Under the pieces are notes generated by a model, which did not search any database, was not told where the DNA came from, and was given only the letters and a program-made list of their open reading frames with translations. Below are positions 27,317-40,910 of a stretch of 64,000 nucleotides of DNA, one piece after another; position 1 is the stretch's first letter, and each line of letters starts with the position of its first letter. The stretch comes from Eledone cirrhosa (lineage: Eukaryota), in NCBI GenBank assembly GCA_964016885.1, contig OZ024761.1, positions 13,640,001-13,704,000 on the forward strand. The letters are read 5' to 3'. A program made the position numbers and the translations under genes.

Positions 27317-27861
27317 AGATGGAAAAAGAAATTGCCATCGACTGCTATAAGGAATCAAACCCTGTCTCCCAGATACAGGGAGATATATGTTTAGTAGACG
27401 GCAAGCACGATTTGAAAACTGAATTTGAATTAGATTTTGGTGTATTTCTTACTAAGTAAAACTGTCTAATAAGAGGACATATAAGCGAACTGAACAGAAA
27501 AATATGTGTCTTAGCTCACATGCACTGATATCAAGTAATCAGACTGTTTTACTTGGACAAAAACATGGCGAAATCTAATTCTAATTCAATATATATATAT
27601 ATATATATATATAAAAGACGTAAAATAAGAAAATTCTTTTAAAAAAATTTTTTTAAAAAATTTTAACTTACTTACTTATTTAAGTAAGTAAGTTAAAATT
27701 TTTTTTTAAAATTTTTTTAAAAGAATTTTCTTATTTTACGTCTTTTATATTATTGTTCTGCATTCTCCTGCATCGAACCACCTAGGTACTATGACATAAC
27801 CTGTGTATTTGCTGGCATTGGCGTACATCTGTGCGCTTATGTTAGTAGATATATTAAATTA

Positions 27862-27918
<57 letters not shown>

Positions 27919-28020
27919 CAACAACAAATGCTTGAATTAAATCTTGGATTGCATAGGAGAACTGTTGAAATAATTATTATGAATAAACAATTCATGTAAC
28001 ATCAGCATCTTCCTTAATGT

Positions 28021-28058
<38 letters not shown>

Positions 28059-28676
28059 TCACACATGTATATGTGTGTATATATATATATATATACATGC
28101 AGTAACCTAATGCACGAAAAACAAATACATACAATACAGACAAGCAAACAAAAGTTATTTTTAAGAAAAGATAAAAAAAAAAAAAAAAAAAAGAAAGAAG
28201 CAGCCCTACTTGCCACCAATATAAAAAAGAAAAAGAAAGGAAAAAAGAAGTAACTAAGGTCAAAGATGGATTGTAGTTTTTACATGTGTATGTGCTTGAG
28301 TGCGTGTGTTTAAGTGAGTGTTTGTGTGTGTTGATACTACTTCTTGCCAGAAAAGGTGACTTTTCAAACCTATGTACACACACACACACACATATATATA
28401 TAATGTACATGTACACAATGTGTGTACATTTTTGCCTTCTATCTCTTTCAATGTTATATATTATATACACTGCTTCGAGCAAACTATAACATTTTATATA
28501 TACATATACACATATATATATATATATATGGCTCTTTGTGGTCTGAGTTCAAATCCGCTGAGGTTAACTTTGTCTTTCATCCTTACGGGGGTCGATAAAA
28601 TAAAGTACCAGTGATGCAATGGGGTAATTGCTGGCCTTGTACCAAAAGTAGAAACTATATATATATATATATATAT

Positions 28677-29565
28677 CATCATCATCATCTTCGTCGCTAG
28701 CATGGGTTAGACGGGAGTTGTCCCACTTGAGGCAGGGCTGGTCGGGTGACCATGTCTCGCTCATATAGGACTATCTGGCAGGTTTTCTACGGCTGGATGC
28801 CCTTCCTAACACCAACCACATTTACAGTGTGGAACTGGGAACTTTTTACCGTGTTACCTACGCGGCCACATTACAGCGTGGACTGTGTGTGTTTTTGTTG
28901 TGACACCTACACGATCTCGATCTCATTATCTCGTGCTGTTGGTGGGAGTGGGAGGATAGGGTAGGGGTAGTGGATTGGGGTGTATATTTGGTTAAGAGGT
29001 GCCTACTGACTGTAGGTTTTGCTTTGTACATAGGCAAGGCGGGTCTTCTGTATTACCGCGTAGCGCCAAAGATCTCAGTCCAGTGACATTGTCTTAGAGA
29101 GGTGCAAGTGTGTGAGGTCGGAATTGATCAGATCATCCCAGGTTTTTCTGGGTCTGCCTACTCCGTAACTACCATCAATTTTGATCGCCCTGCACTTTTT
29201 TATGCAGCTGTCGTCTTTCATGCGCATCACGTGACCATACTAACATAGTCTTCTCTCAAGTAAACAGCATCTGATCCCTCTTATTCCTAATTTCTCACTT
29301 AGTTCTTTTATGCATGCTTCGTTCCTCTCCAGTCTACGTAGGTCCTCTGCACGTAAAGCCCATGTCTCACTGCCATGTAACATAGCTGTTCGTATGCAGG
29401 CATCATACAATCTGCCTTTCATTTTTAGAGAGAAACCTTTAGCGGCCAATAGTGGTATAAGCTCTCTGAACTTTTTCCATCCCGTTCTGACTCTAGCTAC
29501 AGTACTTTCAGAGCAGCCTCCACCACTGCTGATTACGTCACCCAGGTAACGGAAAGTATCTACTA
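28677..29565 (-). mobile_element. Degenerate RTE 3' fragment (second subfamily) with 3' UTR
   Basis: [29 protein letters not shown] paralogous to the 42.4-43.9 kb copy; internal deletion and stop codon. Confidence 0.9.
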
Positions 29566-29942
29566 TATATATGTGGCAAATTAGTAGAGCTGTTAGAACG
29601 TCAAATAGAATGTTTTATGGTATTCGTTCCGACTCTCTTCTCTCTGAGTTCAAATCCTGCCCTTTGCCTTTCATCCATTCAAGGTCAATAAAAAGTACCA
29701 GTCTAGTACTGGGGTCGATTCTTCCTCTATATCTCTTACTCTGGAAGAAATCTGCTGTACTGGGGCCTGGCGAGGGATGGGCCCCGCCAGGCTTAAAATA
29801 CCCAAGAAAACGCTGTCTGTCAATACGGTGCCCTACGTTTCTATCAGGAGTTATGGGACCATACATACATATATACACACACATACACATATATACACAC
29901 ACACATACACATATATACACACACATACATATATATACACAT

Positions 29943-29979
<37 letters not shown>

Positions 29980-30044
29980 ATATACACACATATACATATA
30001 CATACAATATACACACATATACATACATATATACACACACATAC

Positions 30045-30085
<41 letters not shown>

Positions 30086-30451
30086 ATATACACACATATA
30101 CATATATATATATATATATACATACATACAATATACACATATATATATATACATATATACAATATACACACATATACATATATATACATACACACATATA
30201 CATATATATACATATATATATCTACACATATACATATATATACATACACATACACTTATATATACACACATATACATATATATATATACACACATATACA
30301 TATATATACACACACATATACATATATATACACAGACATATATATATATATGTATATATACACATATATACATACATACATATATATATATATACACATA
30401 TATATATATATATATATACACATATATACATACATACATATATATATATAT

Positions 30452-30503
<52 letters not shown>

Positions 30504-30685
30504 TGTAAATGTGGTTGGTGTTAGGAAGGGCATCCAACTGTAGAAAACCTGCCAGACAGTCCTATGCGAGCAAGAAAATTACTCTTGCCTCAAGTGGGAC
30601 TACCCCCGTCCAAACCCATGCAAGCGTGGGACACGGACGTTAAACGTTGATGATGATGATGATGATGATATATATATATACACAC

Positions 30686-30754
<69 letters not shown>

Positions 30755-30871
30755 TATATATACACACATATACATATATATACACACACATATATATATA
30801 TATTTATATACACACATATATATATACATATATATATATATACACACATATACATATATATATATAGATAT

Positions 30872-30904
<33 letters not shown>

Positions 30905-30907
30905 GAT

Positions 30908-31010
<103 letters not shown>

Positions 31011-31174
31011 CAGGCACACACATATATATATATATGTGCATATAGAGATGAGAGAAATCATAGAAGGCAGAAATGAGTGGCAGTAGGCAAAAGTAAACTG
31101 ATTAGTAATAAAAATGATAATAAAAGACGCATTCTTACTGTCGATTGCCCCTACCAGAAGGGAAATCTACCAAC

Positions 31175-31220
31175 CTGTCTGCCATCTCTGGGATGATGAA
31201 GTGATGGTTACTACGGTGAT
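31175..31220 (-). CDS. GIT: GIT exon: DHRSNHHFIIPEMAD (alternative downstream donor would extend it to 31139)
   Basis: ctgtag acceptor, gttggt donor, 46 nt, matches DH...HFIIPQMAD. Confidence 0.9.
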
Positions 31221-31424
31221 CTACAGAGAGAGAGAGAGAAGAGAGTGACATGCACACTGAAACAATTTCTTGAGTGCTAGTGCTTCAATCTTTACACACA
31301 AATATGAAAACATACTGAGAAATGCCATAAACAAGAGCAATATTAGCTTTCAATGTCCTGGAGCACATAAAAATCTCATTAGTTGTGACATACTTGAAAA
31401 GTCTAAAACAGCAATATGAAAAAT

Positions 31425-32130
31425 TTAAGTCTTTACTCTAATACCGCAAATTTTCATTAAGATCTGTTCATCAGTAATAATAATATAAACCATTTAGTAA
31501 AAAACAGCACCATGATTGCATCACTTTAAAAATTGAAGTTTTCACTCTAATACAGCAAATTTTCATTAAGATCTGTTCACTAGTAAAAATACTATAAACC
31601 ATTCAGTAAAAAACAGCACTATGATTGCATCACTTTAAAAATTGAAGTTTTCACTCTAATACCGCAAATTTTCATTAAGATCTGTTCACTAGTAAAAATA
31701 CTATAAACCATTTAGTAAAAAACAGCACTATGATTGCATCACTTTAAAAATTTAAGTCTTTACTCTAATACCGCAAATTTTCATTAAGATCTGTTCACTA
31801 GTAAAAATACTATAAACCATTTAGTAAAAAACAGCACTATGATTGCATCACTTTAAAAATTGAAGTTTTCACTCTAATACTGCAAATTTTCATTAAGATC
31901 TGTTCACTAGTAAAAATACTATAAACCATTTAGTAAAAAACAGCACTATGACTTGATCAGATTAACAATTAAAGTTTTTTCTCTAATACCACAAATTTTC
32001 ACTAAAATCTGTCCACTGGTAAAAATACTATACAAAACAGCAACATGAGTGCTTCATATTAAAAGTCCAAGCCTTTAGTTTACAAATTTTCACAATCTGT
32101 TCACTAGTAAAGATACTATAAATATGTAAA
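31425..32130. repeat. ~110-bp tandem repeat, about 6 copies
   Basis: ctctaataccgcaaattttcattaagatctgttcac recurring about every 110 bp. Confidence 0.85.
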
Positions 32131-32533
32131 TTACAAACCTGTCTTTAGATATCTTCTGCTAAACCACTGCAGGGTGTTAATAGATAACCCTTTTGTTACC
32201 ATATTTCTAATAAAAAACACTACAAATGATTTTCAAATCATTTTGAAAATGACCAAAAATAACTACTGTATATATACTTGAATATAGGGTGAGGAATATA
32301 TGACACCCCCCCACACAAAAAAAAAAAAACAATGGTAAAATGGAGTGGTTGGCTTATGTGGTTTGTATTTTTGATCATTTTTTTCAGACATAAAAAAGGA
32401 GAGGGGGATTATATTCAAGTATATACGGAAACTTTCTAAATAAAGATTTCAAATAAACTGCTTTGTATGAGAGAAAGATGAGCAGTTTCAGTGAGGAATG
32501 TTTGTGTCAGTGAGGGAGTGATATTAGACTTAC

Positions 32534-32628
32534 CTGGTTTCCTTCGACATACAAAGTATGTCAGTCTGTCAGTCAACTCATACTGGCACTCTATCAGACG
32601 GTTGGCAAGATCTGTAAATTTCTCCTCC
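32534..32628 (-). CDS. GIT: GIT exon: EEKFTDLANRLIECQYELTDRLTYFVCRRKP
   Basis: tag/gtaagt, 95 nt, GIT motif ECQYELTDRL..C.RKP. Confidence 0.95.
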
Positions 32629-32642
32629 CTACATGTTAAGAA

Positions 32643-34490
32643 ACAGAGAGAGAATGTGTGGTATAGACAGAGAGAAGGTGTGGGAGAGAGAGAGATAATG
32701 TGTGGGATAGACAGAGAGAAGGTGTGGGAGAGAGAGAGATAATGTGTGGGATAGACAGAGAGAAGGTGTGGGAGAGAGAGAGATAATGTGTGGGATAGAC
32801 AGAGAGAAGGTGTGGGAGAGAGAGAGATAATGTGTGGGATAGACAGAGAGAAGGTGTGTGGGATAGACAGAGAGAAGGTGTGTGGAAGAGAGAGAATGTG
32901 TGAGATAGACAGAGAGAAGGTGTGGGAGAGAGAGAAAATGTGTGGGATAGACAGAGAGAATGTGTGGGATAGACAAAGAGAATGTGTGGGATAGACAGAG
33001 AGAATGTGTGAGATAGACAGAGAGAATGTGTGAGATAGACAGAGAGAATGTGTGGGATAGACAGAGAGAATGTGTGGGAGAGAGAGAGAGAATGTGTGAG
33101 ATAGACAGAGAGAATGTGTGAGATAGACAAAGAGAAGGTGTGTGGAAGAGAGAGAATGTGTGAGATAGACAGAGAGAATGTGTGGTATAGACAGAGAGAA
33201 TGTGTGGGATAGACAGAGAGAATGTGTGGGATAGACAGAGAGAATGTGTGGGAGAGAGAGAAAATGTGTGGGATAGACAGAGAGAATGTGTGAGATAGAC
33301 AGAGAGAATGTGTGTGGAAGAGAGAGAATGTGTGGGATAGACAGAGAGAATGTGTGGTATAGACAGAGAGAATGTGTGAGATAGACAGAGAGAATGTGTG
33401 GTATAGACAGAGAGAATGTGTGGGATAGACAGAGAGAATGTGTGGTATAGACAGAGAGAATGTGTGAGATAGACAGAGAGAATGTGTGGTATAGACAGAG
33501 AGAATGTGTGAGATAGACAGAGAGAATGTGTGGTATAGACAGAGAGAATGTGTGAGATAGACAGAGAGAAGGTGTGGTATAGACAGAGAGAATGTGTGGG
33601 ATAGACAGAGAGAAGGTGTGGTATAGACAGAGAGAATGTGTGGGATAGACAGAGAGAATGTGTGGTATAGACAGAGAGAAGGTGTAAGATAGACAGAGAG
33701 AATGTGTGGTATAGACAGAGAGAATGTGTGAGATAGACAGAGAGAAGGTGTGAGATAGACAGAGAGAAGGTGTGGTATAGACAGAGAGAATGTGTGGGAT
33801 AGACAGAGAGAATGTGTGGTATAGACAGAGAGAATGTATGAGATAGACAGAGAGAATGTGTTGGATAGACAGAGAGAATGTGTGTGGAAGAGAGAGAATG
33901 TGTGGGATAGACAGAGAGAATGTGTGGGATAGACAGAGAGAATGTGTGAGATAGACAGAGAGAATGTGTGAGATAGACAGAGAGAATGTGTGAGATAGAC
34001 AGAGAGAATGTGTGGGATAGACAGAGAGAATGTGTGGGATAGACAGAGAATGTGTGGGATAGACAGAGAGAATGTGTGTGGAAGAGAGAGAATGTGTGGG
34101 ATAGACAGAGAGAATGTGTGAGATAGACAGAGAGAATGTGTGAGATAGACAGAGAGAATGTGTGGGATAGACAGAGAATGTGTGGGATAGACAGAGAGAA
34201 TGTGTGGTATAGACAGAGAGAATGTGTGAGATAGACAGAGAGAATGTGTGAGATAGACAGAGAGAATGTGTGGGATAGACAGAGAATGTGTGGGATAGAC
34301 AGAGAGAAGGTGTGGTATAGACAGAGAGAATGTGTGAGATAGACAGAGAGAATGTGTGGGATAGACAGAGAATGTGTGGGATAGACAGAGAGAAGGTGTG
34401 GTATAGACAGAGAGAATGTGTGTGAGGGAGAGAGAGAATGTGTGTGTGGGAGAGAGAGAGAGAGAACGTGTGTGGAAGAGAGAGAGAGAG
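32643..34490. repeat. ~21-bp purine-rich minisatellite (gtgtgggatagacagagagaat) directly upstream of a GIT acceptor
   Basis: Direct inspection. Confidence 0.9.
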
Positions 34491-34564
34491 AATATAATAT
34501 GCAAAAGAAAACAATACAAGACTGGTCCTTTGAAATGCATGTACAATTTATCTTGGGTTTGATT

Positions 34565-34790
34565 CATGAACTGGGTTGTGTTGTGTTGTGTTCTTGAGCA
34601 AAACACTTCATATTACATTGCTCCAGTATACTCATCTAAAAATGAGTACCAGCAATAGCTGGGGAGTTTAACCCTGCCACGGACTAGCGTCCTGTCCAGG
34701 GGGAGTCTTGTATTCCCAGTCGCTTCACACCACAGGAACCAAGATAAGCACCGGCCTAATAAACCTCTGGGTTTGAGACAGAGTTTACAC
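34565..34790 (+). mobile_element. SINE remnant (CORE-like body + ccctg...ggactagcgtcctgtccaggggg domain)
   Basis: Shares cttgagcaaaacacttca with family A but has a different 3' part. Confidence 0.55.
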
Positions 34791-34964
34791 CAGAGGTTCT
34801 CAAACTTTTTGGGGCCATGCCCGGCCACGTAACACCCTCAACACCCCCAAACCCTATTTCCAGAGAGAGCTGCCTACACACAAATTGTAAATAATATAAA
34901 ATAAATAAGATCGTTAACCCATGCTAGCATGGAAGAACGGACGTAAAACGGTGATGATGATGAA

Positions 34965-35915
34965 TTTATATATAATAAATAATATAATATATACTATATA
35001 TAAATAAATATTTTATATTTTCCTATATTTATATATAATAAATAATATAATATATACTATATATAAATAAATATTTTATATTTTCCTATATTTATATATA
35101 ATAAATATAATATATACTATATATAAATAAATATATATTTTATATTTTACTATATTTATATATAATAAATAATATAATATATATTATATATAAATAAATA
35201 TTATATATTTTATATTTTACTATATTTATATATAATAAATAATATAATATATACTATATATAAATAAATATATATTTTATATTTTACTATATTTATATAT
35301 AATAAATAATATAATATATACTATATATAAATAAATATATATTTTATATTTTACTATATTTATATATAAAAAATAATATAATATATACTATATATAAATA
35401 AATATATATTTTATATTTTACTATATTTATATATAATAAATAATATAATATATACTATATATAAATAAATATATATTTTATATTTTACTATATTTATATA
35501 TAAAAAATAATATAATATATACTATATATAAATAAATATATATTTTATATTTTACTATATTTATATATAATAAATAATATAATATATACTATATATAAAT
35601 AAATATATATTTTATATTTTACTATATTTATATATAATAAATAATATAATATATACTATATATAAATAAATATTGTATATTTAAATTTTACTATATTTTA
35701 TATTTTACTATATTTTATATTTTACTATATTTTATATTTTACTATATTTATATTTTACTATATTTATATTTTACTATATTTATATTTTACTATATTTATA
35801 TTTTACTATATTTATATTTTACTATATTTATATTTTACTATATTTATATTTTACTATATTTATATTTTACTATATTTTATATTTTACTATATTTTATATT
35901 TTACTATATTTATAT
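34965..35915. repeat. AT-rich ~58-bp and ~16-bp tandem repeats
   Basis: Direct inspection. Confidence 0.85.
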
Positions 35916-36155
35916 ATAACTGTTTCTACTTTTGGCACAAGGCCAAAAATTATCCCAGTACATTACTGGTGCTATATTTTATCGACCCCGTAAGGATGAA
36001 AGGCATAGTCAACCTCGGCGGGATTTGAACTCAAACCGTAAAGGGACGTAACTATGCTAGAAAGCATGGCGTCCAACCCTCTACCGATACTGCCAATCCA
36101 CCGCCCTAATATGTATAATATAATATGTATAATGTTGATATATAATATACTATTA

Positions 36156-36820
36156 CTAGCAGTGGTACCCGTCATTGCACGGGATAAGGTATTTTGGAAA
36201 ACTGCATGCCTGGACAATATGTAAAGAAAATAAACCGAATACTCTGATGGCTGGATAATCTTTAAGATTTTCCTCGATGAAGCAGGAAAAATGCAGGTTT
36301 TCACCTAATGTGGGCCCTAAGGGATCAAGAAAATGAATTTTTTTTTATGTGCATAATATGCCTTGAAATTTCGGGAAATCACCTAAATTTTTCACCTAAT
36401 GCGGACCCTAGGCCATAAAAAAGTTGGATTTTCTTTGCTCACGGTATGAAGAAGAGACTGGCTAATACATAGTTACAATTTCAAGGAAATCGGTCTGATG
36501 TAACGCCTCAAAAAACCCCTAAAAAGCTGAAAAGACGCAGTTGAAGAAAAGTTGAATTTTTTTTTTATGTGCATAACACTCCCTGAAACATAAGTAATAC
36601 ACATGTAAAGTTTGAAAAAAATCGGTTGGGTACTTCTCGAGTTTTAGGGATTCAAACACACAGACACACAGACACAGACACACAGACACACAGACACAGA
36701 CACACAGACACACACACAGACAGACAGACACAGACACAGACACAGACACACAGACACACACACAGACAGACACACACACAGACAGACACAGACAGACATC
36801 CTTAGTTTTATATATATAGA
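36156..36820 (-). mobile_element. Non-autonomous Helitron
   Basis: 5' TCTATATATATAAAA, 3' hairpin CCCGT..ACGGG followed by CTAG, inserted at A|T. Confidence 0.75.
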
Positions 36821-36969
36821 TATCATCTCTACCTCCCCCTTAGGTGCCAGCACCCCCTGGACCTTCTCAACGCCCCCAGGGGGGGGAGGTGGTAGCACCC
36901 ACTTTGCGAACCTCTGATTTAGAGCATCTCAATTAAGGTGTTGTGGCCCCTGAGGGGTGCAATACTTAC

Positions 36970-37100
36970 CTAGCGTAATCAATGGGGGTTTTCCGGTTAG
37001 CATCGAGGCATCCGGGGTCGGCTCCGTAGACAACAAGTAGCTCCACCTGTGACGTCTGGCCTGCAGCAGCAGCCACGTGGAGCGGGCAGTTGTTCTTTTC
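36970..37100 (-). CDS. GIT: GIT exon (ankyrin 2-3): EKNNCPLHVAAAAGQTSQVELLVVYGADPGCLDANRKTPIDYAR
   Basis: ctccag/gtaagt, 131 nt, ankyrin consensus. Confidence 0.95.
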
Positions 37101-37809
37101 CTGGAGTAGAGGAGGAATCTCAGTAGTGGTGTGGTGTGGTGGTGGTGTGGTGGTGTGGTGTGGTGTGGTGTGGTGGTGGTGTGGTGGTGGTGTGGTGGTG
37201 GTGGTGGTGTGGTGGTGGTGTGGTGGTGGTGGTGTGGTGTGGTGGTGGTGGTGGTGGTGGTGGTGTGGTGTGGTGGTGGTGTGGTGGTGGTGTGGTGTGG
37301 TGTGGTGTGGTGGTGTGGTGTGGTGTGGTGGTGGTGGTGGTGTGGTGTGGTGGTTGTGGTGTGGTGTGGTGGTGTGGTGTGGTGGTGTGGTGGTGTAATG
37401 GTGGTGGTGGTGGTGTGGTGGAGGGGGTGATGTGTTGATGTGGTGGTGGTGTAGTGATGTGGTGGTGATGGAGGTGGTGTGATGGTGATGGTGTGGTGGT
37501 GGTTGTGTTGATGGTGGTGGTGGTGTGAAGGGGGTGGTGTGTTGATGTGGTGGTGGTGTAGTGATGTGATGGTGGTGGTGTAGTGATGGTGGTGGTGTAG
37601 TGATGTGGTGGTGATGTGTTGGTGGTGTAATGAGGTGGTATGAATGTGTGTGTGTGCACACGCGTCTGTATATACATGTACGAGTGTGTGCATGTGTATG
37701 CGTGCATCTGTGTATGTACATGTATGTGAATGTGCGTGCGTGTGTATGAGAATAAGAAGTAAAGTAAGACAATAACTCGAAGAGTTATTTACAAGGGGAG
37801 ACAACTCAC

Positions 37810-37896
37810 TGGATTAAAATAGTTGGGGTCAGCTCCTTTGGACAGTAACCTAAGACATGTTTCCAGATTACTGGTTCTGACACTAGAATGTAATTG
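37810..37896 (-). CDS. GIT: GIT exon (ankyrin 1): QLHSSVRTSNLETCLRLLSKGADPNYFNP
   Basis: tttcag/gtgagt, 87 nt, close to vertebrate QLHSSVRTGNLETCLRLLSLGA. Confidence 0.95.
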
Positions 37897-38546
37897 CTGA
37901 AATAATAAAATAATAAATAGTAAGACATGATATCAATGAAGAACCATCACAACTGATATATATATATATCATAAAACATGTCTATAGAATCACCAGATAA
38001 AATATATACTATTTCCTCTCCCAATTAGCATAATTAACCATATCAAAAATCGAATAGATCAAGCTATAAGAGTAAGGCTTCTATGAAGAAATCTCCAACA
38101 AATAACCGAAACCAGCCCTTCACGCCGGCTGCAACGGAATATTTAACGAATATTTCAACAGCGTAATCGCCCAGATATACAGTCAATTAAACAGAATTAG
38201 GTGTCAAATAAACTAGGAGAAAAGAGAATACATTTATTTACCTCTACCATGGTTTCGTCCGCATTTTAAGGTATCCGATATATATATATATATAAAAGGG
38301 TTAAAGTATCGTCAGAGAGGATGAAGCAGAGGGATACAAAGAGGTGCGATACAGAATACTAAATGCCAAAAGCCGAAGTGTAGTGTGCTCAATGCTTTGG
38401 TTAGCAGGGTTAAATATTAGAGGAGGTTAATATTTAGCGTATGGTTTAAGCAGAGCGGGAATAAGCAAATGAATGAGTGAATGAAGGAGTTACAACAGCT
38501 ATATAAAGAAATGCTTTACGGCTTTCACTAATTCATTTGCTTATAT

Positions 38547-39165
38547 ATCATCATCATCATCATCACCGTTTTACGTCCGTTCTTCCACGCTAGCATGGGT
38601 TAGACGGGTTGTCCTGTTGTGTGCAGTGTCTGGTCAGCTGACCTTCTCTTGCTCATACAGGAACTGATCTGGCTTATATATATCATCATCATCATCATAC
38701 GTCCGCTTTTCCCTGCTTGCAAGAGTGGGATTCTGGCTTGATTTCTACAGCTGGATGCCCTTCCTAACACCAACCTCATTTACAGTGAGTGCTGGGTGCT
38801 TTTTTACTGTGGCACCTCCACGGCCACTTTACAGTGAGTGCTGGGTGCTTTTTTGCCGTGGCACCTCCACAACCACTTTACAGTGAGTGCTGGGTGCTTT
38901 TTTTCCGTGGCACCTACACGTCCACTTTACAGTGTGGGCTGGGTGTTTTTTTGCCGTGGCACCTCCACAACCACTTTACAGTGAGTGCTGGGTGCTTTTT
39001 TTCCGTGGCACCTCCATGACCACTTTGCAGTTCTACAGCTGAGTAAACTGGAGCAATATGAAATAAAGTGTCTTGCTCAAGGAAACAACACATCACCCGG
39101 TCTGAGAATTGAACTCACAACCTTTCAGTTGCAAGGCCAATGCTCTAACCACTAAGCCATGTGCC
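38547..39165 (-). mobile_element. SINE family A with internal ~48-bp unit repeated about 5 times
   Basis: Same consensus with tandem cactttacagtgagtgctgggtgc units. Confidence 0.85.
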
Positions 39166-39295
39166 TAAATATATAATTCAATATAATAAAGAGAGATAAA
39201 CACAGATATACACATATATGTGTTCAAATTGCAAGGGACCAGATTTGAACACATATGTGTATATATCTGTGTTTATCTCTCTTTATTATATTGAA

Positions 39296-39334
<39 letters not shown>

Positions 39335-39462
39335 CAAATGAATGGGTGAATGAAGGAGTTACAAGCCCAAATGAAGAAGTTACACAGCTATTTCATTGTA
39401 AGTGACTATTTTAAGTTTCTAACTCAATATATAGTTTTGATATATATATATATATACATGTA

Positions 39463-39514
<52 letters not shown>

Positions 39515-40059
39515 ATGTATGTATGTATGTATGTATGTATGTATGTAGGTTTCTGGGTGAGGAGGGTGACTTTGGACATCCTGCAGGACTAAAAACAAAA
39601 CCTGTCAAAGGGCAAAGGAGCTCTTAAGAGTCAATGGCCATCCAAAATCACTGGGAGGGATGACCCCTTAGCCTTTGTCAAGGCAGAATTCTAGGAGAAG
39701 GAAAACTCTGATATAACACCTGCAACCCTGATGGTATCCAATGATGTTGACTTGTTCTTCTTTTTGGTAAATATCATCTTGGTTAAGAGAGTGGGACTAA
39801 CTTTGTGCAGTGCCTTTGCTCACCATAAAAGCTTCATGGCACAGGCATTGCTTTATATCTGGATATCTCTCTGCACTTATCGTCACATGGTACCATGGGC
39901 CCAGCACTGTGTGTCAATAATTGTCACAAGTGTAGTGTTTGTACCAGAGTTTTCAAGTTGCTGGCTGGACTAAAAAGTCACGCTCGTTCAGCGCTTCGGT
40001 AGGAGTTCTCCTACATGGATATAAAGTAGTGGCCGTACACGAAAACGATTTGGCAGCCA

Positions 40060-40111
<52 letters not shown>

Positions 40112-40148
40112 TAATCATCATTTTACGTCCACTTTTCCCTGCTTGCAA

Positions 40149-40179
<31 letters not shown>

Positions 40180-40340
40180 AGATTAAAAAATACCAAAGAG
40201 TCAAAATGCCATAAAACTAACATTTAAACCCTCTGGTAAAGTTTACACCCAATAATAATAACACTGTTATTAATATTATATATATACATGAGTGTTTCTG
40301 AAGAAGATTGAAAAATAAATAGAATAGGGGTCAGACTTAC

Positions 40341-40440
40341 TTTACTAAGGTCCTCCACAGTAGAAACATCCCCATCTTTGCCCTGATTTACAAATGACAA
40401 AAACTGATATTTGGTCCTGATGTAGTGGTCTTTATTTGGA
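40341..40440 (-). CDS. GIT: GIT exon: PNKDHYIRTKYQFLSFVNQGKDGDVSTVEDLSK
   Basis: cag/gtaagt, 100 nt, end of the ArfGAP domain (IRxKYQ...DLSK). Confidence 0.93.
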
Positions 40441-40910
40441 CTGGCAGCAGCAGAATGAAACAAACAAACAAACAAACAATTAAACAATTAACCCTTTAGC
40501 ATCTACATTACTCTATATATACTATTGTATTTTTATGGTAAACACTTTATTTCAGATAATTATCTCACATAATATCGAATCTACGAGACTTTGATATTAA
40601 TTATTTAATAGTGAGTATTCCCAGATATTGTTGGCTCCACTGCTGTATAGGTGGCGTACCATCTGGAAATAACAAAGGGAAGATAACTTCAGTTTAACTC
40701 TTAACCATATATATTTTCACGGTAAAGGCTTTACCTCACATAATATCTCACATAACATTTACATTACTCTATATATACTATTGTATTTTTATGGTAAACA
40801 TTTTATTTCACATAATTATCTCACATAATATCGAATCTACGAGACTTTGATATTAATTATTAAAAACTATTAAAAAAATATATGTGTATGTATATATATA
40901 TATATATATA

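Larger units (their letters stand above)
34791..36916. mobile_element. hAT-like MITE split by nested insertions (RTE tail, AT-rich satellite, SINE B, Helitron)
   Basis: TIRs cagaggttctcaaact ... actttgcgaacctctg; 8-bp TSD only partly conserved. Confidence 0.55.

Noticed and set aside
32436-34606. 692-aa and 656-aa ORFs
   Set aside because: Minisatellite read-through; only 32534-32628 is a real exon.
39545-39980. Possible RTE 5' UTR (ctaggagaaggaaaactctga)
   Set aside because: Resemblance from memory only; too degenerate to call.
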